Origin: a virus
Virus record (IMG/VR): IMGVR_UViG_3300032116_000161
Location: 2,432 to 66,431 of that record
Reading direction: 5' to 3' (one strand)
DNA: 64,000 bases
Within the stretch, counting starts at the first letter, position 1. Every line of letters starts with the position of its first letter. Both the position numbers and the translations under genes were made by a program. This document shows positions 26,243-34,547 of the stretch, in pieces. The notes beneath the pieces are model-generated. The model searched no databases. It was not told the origin of the DNA and was given only the letters and a program-made list of their open reading frames with translations.

Positions 26243-26967
26243 GGTGTCTTCACACAATAGCATCCGTCCTTGCTATCACTGTCTCTGCGACCCCTGTATA
26301 TGCGGAAGGGGATACTCCAATCACTGCGGTTGCCAACCCACAGGCAACCTCAACAGGAAGCGTAACAAACCAGGCAGTTCAGGTTTTACAAGGTCCATAC
26401 GTTACCAACTCATACGGTGGTGGCGTAAGTTGTCAAGGACCAACCTTTAACCTAACACCATTCCTTACAACTACCAACAGTGGTCAGAAACCATTTGAAG
26501 ATTATGCCAACATTGATAATGACCCCACAACCCCATTAGAAAGAACTGGACAGAAAGACAACTGGGCAAAGAACTTTGGCATCTCTGGCACCATCTCTAT
26601 TCCTTTAGATGGTGGTCTACAAGCACGCTGTAAGGAAGCAGCAGAGACTTGGACTAATCGCCAGAAGGCGGAGACTGATAAGGCTCGTTTGGACTTTGAG
26701 CTCGTCCGCCTCTTAAAATGCGGCGAAGCAATGAAGGCTGGGATACATTTTCATCCCCAGTCTCCTTATGCGAAGATATGTGCTGATGTTGTTGTTGTGA
26801 CCAATGGAGGTATTGTTCCTTCTTCTGCTGCTTTAGTTCCTTCTGGAACGTCTTCAAGACCTTCTTCTTCAGTTCCAGTTGGGCAGCGAAGTCAACCTGT
26901 AACTCATAAGGCGTCAGGTCTCGGTGGAGCCGTTTCTTTGCCTGGACATAAATCTGCTGGACGATAG
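26041..26967 (+). CDS. Exported Cys-containing protein (trio gene 3); true start uncertain
   Basis: Signal-like segment TIASVLAITVSATPVYA at about 26260, then GSVTNQAVQVLQGPY, SCQGPT and four Cys. Confidence 0.75.
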   Translation: MELHSYRDKHQYSRNTTSRNTLYHLSEWCSIPVLGNLFGSRNDKRHNCDSQYIHNVCYRHNLRVYPVRCLHTIASVLAITVSATPVYAEGDTPITAVANPQATSTGSVTNQAVQVLQGPYVTNSYGGGVSCQGPTFNLTPFLTTTNSGQKPFEDYANIDNDPTTPLERTGQKDNWAKNFGISGTISIPLDGGLQARCKEAAETWTNRQKAETDKARLDFELVRLLKCGEAMKAGIHFHPQSPYAKICADVVVVTNGGIVPSSAALVPSGTSSRPSSSVPVGQRSQPVTHKASGLGGAVSLPGHKSAGR

Positions 26968-27445
26968 GTTTCATTTTACCTACCATCCATTCCACCAAAG
27001 ACTTGCCAACAAGAGCCGCAGCAACAGAAGCAGTAGCAGTGGTGCCAGCAAGAATAACCTGCTCTTTAGGTGGGACTGGAACTTCTCCGATGAGGGGTAC
27101 TTCAATGACAGGTACTCCTAAAGTTGTTGTTGGTGGTGTAACTACCTGTTGATCCTGGGGGGTTTGGACTGCTGGGGGCAGTTGAGGGGTAGGGGGTGGT
27201 AGTTGCCTAGACTTTTCTTCTTGCGTTTCTTCCTTTTCTTTTTGTGAATTCTGCCCCTCTACTATTTGTTTCCATTGTTCCGTAGTTGGAACATCAATGG
27301 GTTCATAATAAGGAAGTTCAGCAGTAGGAACTTGGACTACTGGTTTCTGTAGAGATCTTATTGATGGTGTTAAGACAACAGGTGGTTCTAATCTACGGAC
27401 AACTGGAACTTCAACTTGTTGTATCTGTATCTCTGGGATTTCCAT
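26654..27445 (-). CDS. Pro-rich membrane-anchored hypothetical protein
   Basis: Pro/Gln-rich N-terminal half, TM AGTTATASVAAALVG, basic tail. Confidence 0.75.
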   Translation of the reverse strand: MEIPEIQIQQVEVPVVRRLEPPVVLTPSIRSLQKPVVQVPTAELPYYEPIDVPTTEQWKQIVEGQNSQKEKEETQEEKSRQLPPPTPQLPPAVQTPQDQQVVTPPTTTLGVPVIEVPLIGEVPVPPKEQVILAGTTATASVAAALVGKSLVEWMVGKMKPIVQQIYVQAKKRLHRDLTPYELQVDFAAQLELKKKVLKTFQKELKQQKKEQYLHWSQQQHQHISSHKETGDENVSQPSLLRRILRGGRAQSPNEPYQSPPSGD

Positions 27446-27641
27446 TTTTCTTTCTCAACTGAAAAGCAGCATCACCAAGAAAAGAACTTACGGCAAGAAC
27501 AAGAACTTTAGCATAAGCATCTTTACTTGTGCTTTCCAGTTCTACTTGCCCTTCAGTAACTATGCCCACAGATTCCACTGCCGAAATCATTAAGGCACTC
27601 CAAACAATTAAAAATAGTCTAACAATGTGAAAGTAAATCAT
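27411..27641 (-). CDS. Small two-TM protein (holin-like candidate)
   Basis: Two hydrophobic segments, basic C-terminus, ATGA coupling. Confidence 0.6.
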   Translation of the reverse strand: MIYFHIVRLFLIVWSALMISAVESVGIVTEGQVELESTSKDAYAKVLVLAVSSFLGDAAFQLRKKNGNPRDTDTTS

Positions 27642-28051
27642 TTTTTTCTTTTAGAATCAAGTTCGGCAAAATTTTTCTTTTTAGTTCCACCATCATATTC
27701 CCAAGCATACCCTTCAACAATCATCTGGTCGTTGAGTGATGTTGATTCATTATTGATAAACAAGTGCCCAATAATTCTTCCATACTTTTCTGTAGAATCT
27801 GGGAGTTCAGTTTTAATTAAAATATTTTTAGCACCTTCTACTTTTTTCTTCAACCACTCTTTTGATTCAAGACCTAACGCTTTCTCTTTGAGATCCGTTG
27901 TTCTACTTTCAGGAGTATCAATCCCAGCAAGGCGAATTCTTTTTTCTAAACTTATAGAAAACCCCAAATCAATATCAGCATCAATCGTATCCCCATCAAC
28001 TACCCTTAAAATATTTTTAATCCTGTAAATATATGGGTCTCTATCCGCCAT
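27638..28051 (-). CDS. Thermonuclease (SNase-like)
   Basis: VVDGDTI, IRLAGIDTPE, KYGRIIG, LN..M..EGYA. Confidence 0.9.
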   Translation of the reverse strand: MADRDPYIYRIKNILRVVDGDTIDADIDLGFSISLEKRIRLAGIDTPESRTTDLKEKALGLESKEWLKKKVEGAKNILIKTELPDSTEKYGRIIGHLFINNESTSLNDQMIVEGYAWEYDGGTKKKNFAELDSKRKK

Positions 28052-28055
28052 TTTT

Positions 28056-28646
28056 TTAGTTTGAAATACTCTTACTATATATTCTTCCTAATGTCCATTC
28101 TGAACTTGGAGTTTCATCAATATTGAATAATTTTTCAACTTCACCATTATTCCACCACTTTCTTCCAGTCATATATCTTCTTCTTTTTTCTTTAAATTCT
28201 TGAGAACGGGGTATTCCTTTTTGAACTTCTCTTTGTCTTTGTATATGCTCTTTTGATTTTTTCTTCCCAGACAAAGCATTACTGATATTTTTTTTATGTT
28301 CTTTGGAGGCAGTTTTACCATAAAAAGGATGATTTGATCCACTCATTTTTGAACTTTGAATTTCTCTTTGTTCTTCACTAACAACTCTACCAGAAGTCCC
28401 TTCTCCACCATCAGTAAGATTTCTCAAAATACCAGTCCCATTATCTTTTCTACCATAAACAGCAATCATATAAATTTCGTGTTTGATTGCTTCTTGTTCT
28501 GTTAAATTTCTTTTTAGATATATTATTCTATCTTTACTTGGTAAAGGCACAATTCTCTTTTTAACATACAATCTAAACCCCTTACCTTTACCGATGTAAT
28601 AAGGTGTTCCGTCTTCCCGCAAGTATGCGTAAGTGTAATATTCCAT
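28056..28646 (-). CDS. Free-standing GIY-YIG-type homing endonuclease with NUMOD3-like repeats
   Basis: YTYAYLREDGTPYYIGKG, NLTDGGEG, HPFYGK..SKEHK..IS, RKWWNNG. Confidence 0.85.
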   Translation of the reverse strand: MEYYTYAYLREDGTPYYIGKGKGFRLYVKKRIVPLPSKDRIIYLKRNLTEQEAIKHEIYMIAVYGRKDNGTGILRNLTDGGEGTSGRVVSEEQREIQSSKMSGSNHPFYGKTASKEHKKNISNALSGKKKSKEHIQRQREVQKGIPRSQEFKEKRRRYMTGRKWWNNGEVEKLFNIDETPSSEWTLGRIYSKSISN

Positions 28647-28648
28647 CT

Positions 28649-28733
28649 GCTTTGTTTGTGGTTATAGTTATTTATACAAGAAAAGGAGCATTTCTGCTCC
28701 CAATCTTTTGCTTGAATAACCACAAACAAGCAC
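28649..28733 (-). promoter_or_regulatory. RBS-sequestering hairpin enclosing a late promoter
   Basis: TTGTTTGTGGTTAT...ATAACCACAAACAA inverted repeat around TATAAATA (28669-28676) and an inner GGAGCA/TGCTCC hairpin. Confidence 0.8.
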
Positions 28734-28742
28734 TAATATTTA

Positions 28743-29186
28743 TCAACCAAGAATACTTTGTCTCCACTCTTCACTCATATTCACCATAATTGCTTCTGCT
28801 GCTTCTGGTGTTTCAGCATATCCTTCATCAAGTAAGTGTGAAAGGATAATATCGTAAATATCTACTTGTTCTTTTTTTAGTTTTGATTTTGCCTTTGCTG
28901 CTTTTTTGCTATGAGAATCAGCAACTCTTATCATTTTATTACTTCTTTCTTTATTCCTTTCTGCCTTTTCGTGCTCTGCTCTTGCCCTGTCGTAAGTTAA
29001 TGTGCTATGTGGGTCATCTGCCTGTCTTTCTCTTTCTGCTCTTGTATCTGCTTCTCTTTCTACTCTGTCGGAAACCTTCCACATCATTTTTCCAACAGGA
29101 AGTTTTTTATAAGACATTTCATTTAAATCATTACTAACAACTTCCATATATGCTTCTTGAAGACTACGAAAATCTTGTGCGTCCAT
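28743..29186 (-). CDS. Putative internal head protein (YDIIL..L..EGYA family)
   Basis: C-terminal DIYDIILSHLLDEGYAETPEAAEAIMVNMSEEWRQSI shared with two other ORFs; ATAAATA upstream. Confidence 0.7.
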   Translation of the reverse strand: MDAQDFRSLQEAYMEVVSNDLNEMSYKKLPVGKMMWKVSDRVEREADTRAERERQADDPHSTLTYDRARAEHEKAERNKERSNKMIRVADSHSKKAAKAKSKLKKEQVDIYDIILSHLLDEGYAETPEAAEAIMVNMSEEWRQSILG

Positions 29187-29211
29187 CTTACGAATACTTT
29201 TTAGTTATTTA

Positions 29212-29424
29212 TCAGAAAGGAAGTTTAAACTCTTTCGTATTTAGTTTAGGCAGTGGAAGTTTCTCAAATGCTTTGGTGACTTGCTTTTCTACAACAGCAC
29301 CAACAAACTCTTCTGGGTTATCTAAAATCTTCTGTGCTTTTTGATAGGTGATATATGCTCCTACACCGATCGCAGCACTAATGCCTAGACTCGTCAGGGA
29401 TAGTATCAGGCTCAGGTGTTTCAT
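29212..29424 (-). CDS. Small membrane-anchored protein
   Basis: N-terminal TM, GGAG RBS. Confidence 0.7.
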   Translation of the reverse strand: MKHLSLILSLTSLGISAAIGVGAYITYQKAQKILDNPEEFVGAVVEKQVTKAFEKLPLPKLNTKEFKLPF

Positions 29425-29530
29425 CTCTCATCTCCAAATGAGCTAACCGAAGTATATAGTAAATGATATATCCAGTGAATACGAGTCCACAGGATAGAAT
29501 GATGAATACTCCCCAGTTAAATTCACTCAT
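29378..29530 (-). CDS. 50-aa single-TM protein (MSEFNWGVFIILSCG...)
   Basis: Manual translation. Confidence 0.6.
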   Translation of the reverse strand: MSEFNWGVFIILSCGLVFTGYIIYYILRLAHLEMRDETPEPDTIPDESRH

Positions 29531-29723
29531 TCCACCACCCTTCTTCTTTGTGTATCCAAACTTTTAGGTCTTTTATATATTTTCTTAATATCTGTGCTTG
29601 TTCTTGGTGCCACTCATCACCCGTCTCAAAATAAAGACGGGTGTGATTATCTATTGCTTGGAGTATTTTATGGATGGGAGCATTCCAACACTCCCTTTTT
29701 GGAGTGTTCCATTCTCGTGGCAC
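29523..29723 (-). CDS. Hypothetical protein (MPREWNTP...)
   Basis: GTG start; ORF in gene chain. Confidence 0.65.
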   Translation of the reverse strand: MPREWNTPKRECWNAPIHKILQAIDNHTRLYFETGDEWHQEQAQILRKYIKDLKVWIHKEEGWWNE

Positions 29724-29827
29724 GGGATTACAAGCGAGTGTATTTCATTGTATCTAAAATATTCCAACTGGCAACTACCAGGACTAATTTCGGCATAACC
29801 AACTATCATAAAAGCAATGAATTCCAT
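29651..29827 (-). CDS. Hypothetical 58-aa protein (MEFIAFMIVGYAEISPG...)
   Basis: Manual translation; TAATG coupling; 73-nt overlap with next ORF. Confidence 0.45.
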   Translation of the reverse strand: MEFIAFMIVGYAEISPGSCQLEYFRYNEIHSLVIPCHENGTLQKGSVGMLPSIKYSKQ

Positions 29828-29934
29828 TACTTCTTTTTGCCACCATTCTTCGCCTTTTTAGCAGTTGCGTTTCCTTGATTCTGCTTTTTATTACCAGCAG
29901 AACCTTTCTTACCTTTGTTGGGTGACTTGGACAT
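29827..29934 (-). CDS. 35-aa Lys-rich basic micro-protein
   Basis: MSKSPNKGKKGSAGNKKQNQGNATAKKAKNGGKKK; AGGAG RBS, TAATG coupling. Confidence 0.65.
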   Translation of the reverse strand: MSKSPNKGKKGSAGNKKQNQGNATAKKAKNGGKKK

Positions 29935-30278
29935 TATGCTCCTGTGCGGGGTGTGACGAACCCTTCACCTTCCTCAACCTTTGTTTCCAATGCTTCAACT
30001 CTCTCAACAAGAGTTACTGGTGCTTCAGGTGCTGGTGGTTCTGGTGGTGCCTCAACAAAAGTTTCCTCTCTCTTTGGTTCTTCCTTATGCTCATCATCAC
30101 CCTTTTTCATAGTGTTGATACCAAAAGTAGCAGCAGAAGCAGTAAAGACAGTAGCAATGAAAGTAGGATCCATTTTGGATAGCATACCAGCATAGCTAGC
30201 AGTCAAAAGAGCGGCAGACCAACTCAAAATCGCAATACGAATAATTTGTCCCATAGTTTTTTCTTTCTTGTTTTCCAT
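29934..30278 (-). CDS. Two-TM protein (holin-like candidate)
   Basis: ILSWSAALLTASY...DPTFIATVFTASAATFGI, charged tail. Confidence 0.7.
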   Translation of the reverse strand: MENKKEKTMGQIIRIAILSWSAALLTASYAGMLSKMDPTFIATVFTASAATFGINTMKKGDDEHKEEPKREETFVEAPPEPPAPEAPVTLVERVEALETKVEEGEGFVTPRTGA

Positions 30279-30315
30279 CAGTTCCGTGTGATGAAGTCTC
30301 TCCTTATTTAGGTTT

Positions 30316-32277
30316 TTAGAACCTAAACTTAACATTTGCGGAAACTGCCGTGTTGCTTACACCATTATTAATTTGATGAACTCCTTGAATGATGATCATT
30401 TCTTTGTAGTCAACAGTTGCCGATGCCTCAATCGCATTATCAGTCGCATAAGAACCTTCAATACTTACACCAAACAAGTCTTTCTTCTTACCACCGAAAC
30501 GATGAGAAAGAGCAAGTCCGATTTCACCAGTATGTGAAGTCTCATCTACTACTTCAACACTTCTTGCGGACTGAATAGAACCACTTTCAGTGAACGCATC
30601 TCTGCGATAGTTTCCTACGGTGTATCCTACGAATGGAGTGATGTTCTTATGAGCGTGCCAGAAGAGTCTGTTGTTTACCCACCACTCTTGACCTGTTGCG
30701 GTGCTCTCGTTATTAAAGACACCCTGAACATTACGAGAAACATTATATCTGTTTTGAGCAATCGCAGCATTGGTTAAGAGTGAGAGTGTATTTCCACGAA
30801 GCATATTAAAGACGCCAATGTGACTTTTGTTCAGTTTGGATGTGCTATCAACGCCATCCAAGTTCACATTTACATTATTATATTGAGCACCAATTGTCCA
30901 GGTTGGTTTAATATCAATCTCTAAACCACCACCATAGATAACTGATTTACCAGTGTATCCATTGTCGGCAGAAGACCACGCATAGTAGTTCTTACTGAAT
31001 ACTCTAACTCTATCAGTGGTTGGTTCAGTTGGTTCGTGGTTTAAGAGTCCTTGTAGTCCACTTCCAATATTATCAAGGACTTCGTGCTGATCTACACGAC
31101 CAGTGAGTGAATCAGATGAGTGTGTTGTAGAAACAGAGTTTGATAAAGCAGTTGTGGTAGAACCATCACTATAGGTATCAGTCGTCACCATTGGAGTGGT
31201 AGTATTTGTGGTGAAGTCTCTATCAATAGTCTGAACTCCACCATCTTCTGATTCTGTGTGCTCTGTAAGCGTAACAGTCAGAACAGGAAGTGTGGTTGAT
31301 GGGGAAGTGGAAGAACTTACCAGTGTTGGAGTTGATGGGGCAGAAGCAGTGGGAGCAGAAGCAGAACCTACATTAGTAACGGTGAAGGATGAGGATGTTG
31401 CTCCACCAGCACCACCAGCAACGGCACCAGAAGCAGCGTCATAAGAAGATGGTCCAAAGATATAAGCATACTGGATATCAATAATGTCCCCAGTATTAAT
31501 ACCAGAGAACATAAATGCCATACCGATGGTGTAGTCTCCATCACCATCATCCTGTCCACCATAGTATGTTAATGGGTCTGTTGACCAGGAAGCACTAATA
31601 CCAGTATTGGAGTTAGTTGCCGCAGTGAATAGTCCCAGAGCATACTTGGAAGCAAGTGCCTCTGACAGAACTACATTGGTCGCAGGAACACCACCAGCAT
31701 ATCCTCTTACATTGAGTGTTGAAGAACTATCTCCTGCTGCTGCCCTTGCGTCTGGGTCAGTGAATCTTCCAAAGTATAATGTAGGAACATTCATCTTAAA
31801 CTCTAAACGAGTATTGATGTCCACAAACTGTTGGTTATCATTGAAACGATAGTCGTGCTCAATATCAAACTCGGTGACCGAACCAGACCATACAGCACGA
31901 TTGTCAAAAGTTAAACCACGATATGAAACACCAGAGTAATCTACAAGAGTTCCTGTGATTACATTAACACTTGCGTAACTCGCATTGTTGTTACCATAAT
32001 TAAACAGAACTGTGGTTCCATCTGTATCAATACCTTTTACAGTCCATCCCTCAAAAGGAGAACCAGGAGTGAGATAATCGTATGAAGGATTAAATGTTGC
32101 GGTTCCTGTTGAATCGTAGAGAATACCAGGAGAAGTGTTACCGCCAGAACCAACAGTTCCAGCATCATTAACACCAATCTTTACATAGTTTCCTTCTAAA
32201 ACTAATGGTGCTGCTGATACACTAGTTCCCATTAATAAAGCAGACGCAGCAGCAAGCGCCTTTTTAGCGTAAGACAT
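30316..32277 (-). CDS. Autotransporter-like outer-membrane protein
   Basis: Signal peptide, beta-rich passenger, Ser/Thr linker, C-terminal barrel (ITPFVGY...FTESG) ending VKFRF. Confidence 0.75.
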   Translation of the reverse strand: MSYAKKALAAASALLMGTSVSAAPLVLEGNYVKIGVNDAGTVGSGGNTSPGILYDSTGTATFNPSYDYLTPGSPFEGWTVKGIDTDGTTVLFNYGNNNASYASVNVITGTLVDYSGVSYRGLTFDNRAVWSGSVTEFDIEHDYRFNDNQQFVDINTRLEFKMNVPTLYFGRFTDPDARAAAGDSSSTLNVRGYAGGVPATNVVLSEALASKYALGLFTAATNSNTGISASWSTDPLTYYGGQDDGDGDYTIGMAFMFSGINTGDIIDIQYAYIFGPSSYDAASGAVAGGAGGATSSSFTVTNVGSASAPTASAPSTPTLVSSSTSPSTTLPVLTVTLTEHTESEDGGVQTIDRDFTTNTTTPMVTTDTYSDGSTTTALSNSVSTTHSSDSLTGRVDQHEVLDNIGSGLQGLLNHEPTEPTTDRVRVFSKNYYAWSSADNGYTGKSVIYGGGLEIDIKPTWTIGAQYNNVNVNLDGVDSTSKLNKSHIGVFNMLRGNTLSLLTNAAIAQNRYNVSRNVQGVFNNESTATGQEWWVNNRLFWHAHKNITPFVGYTVGNYRRDAFTESGSIQSARSVEVVDETSHTGEIGLALSHRFGGKKKDLFGVSIEGSYATDNAIEASATVDYKEMIIIQGVHQINNGVSNTAVSANVKFRF

Positions 32278-32416
32278 AAAAATCCTCTGTGAGTTCAGTG
32301 TGTACTAAACAAAACAAACCGAAGTATGAAAAGTAAAGTATTCACCGAATCACAGAGGACTCGGACTATGTAGATTCAGACCATTAAGATCAAAATCAGT
32401 GATAACTGTATCTTAT

Positions 32417-33082
32417 TTATCCTTTCTTCCACGCTTCGCCTTCTGCCTTACGGCGACGAGCAAGACCTGCTTCTACATTTGAACCAGGATTACGATAGAG
32501 ATAAAGAGCATCAGGAACTAAATCCCATTCCTTATTCTTCAGGCGTTTGGTAATGGTGTTGAAATTATCTCCACCGTAGAAACCTGCTCCCAGATTATAA
32601 GCAAAGGAAAGAAGTGCTCCACGCTTACCATCAGTCATTTCATTCCAATGTGGAATTTTACGAAGTGCTGGAAGGAATTGATTCTTACACTGACTAATCA
32701 GTAACTCATCTGCTTCCTGTTGAGTGATTGATTCACCAAGTTTGAAAGGAGAACCATCTTTCTTACGAGTTGAACCCCAACCGATTGTGATTGGAAGTCC
32801 ACCAGAAAGAGGGTCGGGATACGCATTAAGATGGCATCCCTCAAACTCTTTGATTAACTTGATGCCCATCATTGGAACATCATCACCGCTCGTTACAGGA
32901 GCTGCAGCAGCAGGGGCTGGTGCAGCACTAGACTTTTTTCCTCTATAAATTTCTGCCCAGTCAATATTATCTTCCAAATATTTGACAGGAAGATTGTCTT
33001 CTAACCATTGAACTGCTTTCACATGGTTAGGATTTCTTTCGTCGTAGAACTTAAAAAAGTTATGAAGGTCGATTCGTGCCAT
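32417..33082 (-). CDS. Lysozyme (GH24) with N-terminal DLHNFFKFYDE domain
   Basis: LIKEFEG..L.AYPD...TIGWGST, ALLSFAYNLG, GLARRRKAE. Confidence 0.9.
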   Translation of the reverse strand: MARIDLHNFFKFYDERNPNHVKAVQWLEDNLPVKYLEDNIDWAEIYRGKKSSAAPAPAAAAPVTSGDDVPMMGIKLIKEFEGCHLNAYPDPLSGGLPITIGWGSTRKKDGSPFKLGESITQQEADELLISQCKNQFLPALRKIPHWNEMTDGKRGALLSFAYNLGAGFYGGDNFNTITKRLKNKEWDLVPDALYLYRNPGSNVEAGLARRRKAEGEAWKKG

Positions 33083-33209
33083 TGTTGTCTCCGAAATACT
33101 TTTGATACAGTTGACTTGCTTCTACATGTCTCCCACTATTTGTGAGGTCTTTAATCACCTTAAGCATCTTGCGTTTGAAATTAATCGAAGATTCTGCCCC
33201 ATCCATCAT
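33060..33209 (-). CDS. Small hypothetical protein
   Basis: Fills the gap between the two hydrolases; start uncertain. Confidence 0.5.
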   Translation of the reverse strand: MMDGAESSINFKRKMLKVIKDLTNSGRHVEASQLYQKYFGDNNGTNRPS

Positions 33210-33852
33210 TCCCTCCTGGACACCAGCGGTGCTTGAGAACTGCTTTGGTGTAAATGGTCTTCTTACCATTCGTCACAGGTCCAGTGTAGTTGTCGTTGAG
33301 AGAACCATATGGATCGTTTACATAATATCCCTTTCCATCTGGGGTTTTACCAATGACGACACACATATGCCCACCAGTAGGTGCAGAAAGAGAACCCCTA
33401 TGGAGTATGCCAATAACAACGGGCTTCCCAGCGTCCAGACTTTTATCAATATCAGCAAAAGATAAATTGTAACTAAAGTGTGACTTAACTCCATAAGCCG
33501 CCAAAACTTTCGTCTGAACGGCATGGTCTGTTGTATCACCAATCTCAAAGACTTTCTTAACATACTCATCGTCGCCTTTAATGCTTCCTGGCTTGAGGAA
33601 AGATAAGCACATAGCGCACGATGAAGAGTTGCAAGTTCTATGTGCATCTCTGTAATTGTCTACTTGATTATAGTAAGGAACTGCTAGAACTTCTGGTGTA
33701 GGGGGTTTAGTTCTAAAGATCCCAATCCAGTCTGTTTCTGAATCATCCATGAAGTTAGCAGGGAGGTTATCTTCTAACCACTGAACTGCTGCTACATGAT
33801 TTGAATTGTTTTCGTCGTAAAATTTGAAAAAGTTATGAAGGTCAAGTGTCAT
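33181..33852 (-). CDS. Peptidase C39-like protein with N-terminal DLHNFFKFYDE domain
   Basis: VPYYNQ.D...CNSSSCAM, GKPVV, GGH..V..G, VNDPYG. Confidence 0.8.
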   Translation of the reverse strand: MTLDLHNFFKFYDENNSNHVAAVQWLEDNLPANFMDDSETDWIGIFRTKPPTPEVLAVPYYNQVDNYRDAHRTCNSSSCAMCLSFLKPGSIKGDDEYVKKVFEIGDTTDHAVQTKVLAAYGVKSHFSYNLSFADIDKSLDAGKPVVIGILHRGSLSAPTGGHMCVVIGKTPDGKGYYVNDPYGSLNDNYTGPVTNGKKTIYTKAVLKHRWCPGGNDGWGRIFD

Positions 33853-34030
33853 TTTCGTCTCCTATAAACTCTAATGAGAAAATATCATGGTCTAAAATAT
33901 CCGGATCCAACCACTCACTGAATTCTGATTGAATCGCATGGGCATTCTCAATATTTTCCTCACAAAGAGTATGAATGCGGTCAACTGCCCAGTCATGTGT
34001 TGTTTGAAGAGTTTGCTCCAAAGTTACCAT
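33842..34030 (-). CDS. Hypothetical protein
   Basis: ORF in gene chain. Confidence 0.7.
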   Translation of the reverse strand: MVTLEQTLQTTHDWAVDRIHTLCEENIENAHAIQSEFSEWLDPDILDHDIFSLEFIGDENDT

Positions 34031-34442
34031 AATCTTTTCGCATGTAGCGTCCTAGAATATTGCTATTGTAGTACGCTGGCGTTCCATCGTCAAGAGACTC
34101 ACTCAACACATTATTTAGAAAAAGTTGTTTCGTTTCTTCATAATTACAGTCACCTTTTGCCTTATGAAGACTCAATATTTCTCTATTGAAATTCTCTTTG
34201 TTATACTTTTTGATATCTTCCTTTAACTCTGGACAAGAACCATAATACTTTTTCCAGTCTGATTCTTGTTTTACTCTTCTCTTCTTTCCTGGTGGTGTTC
34301 TAAAAGACCAAAAGTATTTTCTACCAATGTACTGCCGTTGGTTATACTTATTGGTTATACAGTAAACAAACCCAAAGTATTCTCCAATATCGTCAGTATC
34401 AAAAACTTCCCCATTATACCGCCAGGGATTCTCATAACTCAT
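33993..34442 (-). CDS. GIY-YIG endonuclease (possibly T4 DenA/endonuclease II-like)
   Basis: GFVYCITN...YIGRK, YYGS, F.REIL, YN.NI; position near nrdB. Confidence 0.75.
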   Translation of the reverse strand: MSYENPWRYNGEVFDTDDIGEYFGFVYCITNKYNQRQYIGRKYFWSFRTPPGKKRRVKQESDWKKYYGSCPELKEDIKKYNKENFNREILSLHKAKGDCNYEETKQLFLNNVLSESLDDGTPAYYNSNILGRYMRKDYGNFGANSSNNT

Positions 34443-34547
34443 ATTAAAGTATCTTATGAGCTATTATTTATCTTCAACCGGGACAAACCTAGTCTAGACA
34501 AAAAAAGGGGACTTGTCAAGCCCCTTAAGTATTATATGATTTTTATA

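Noticed and set aside
25389-26967. Calling the exported trio a curli (csg) operon
   Set aside because: No CsgA/B repeats or CsgG motifs recognisable; kept only as an analogy
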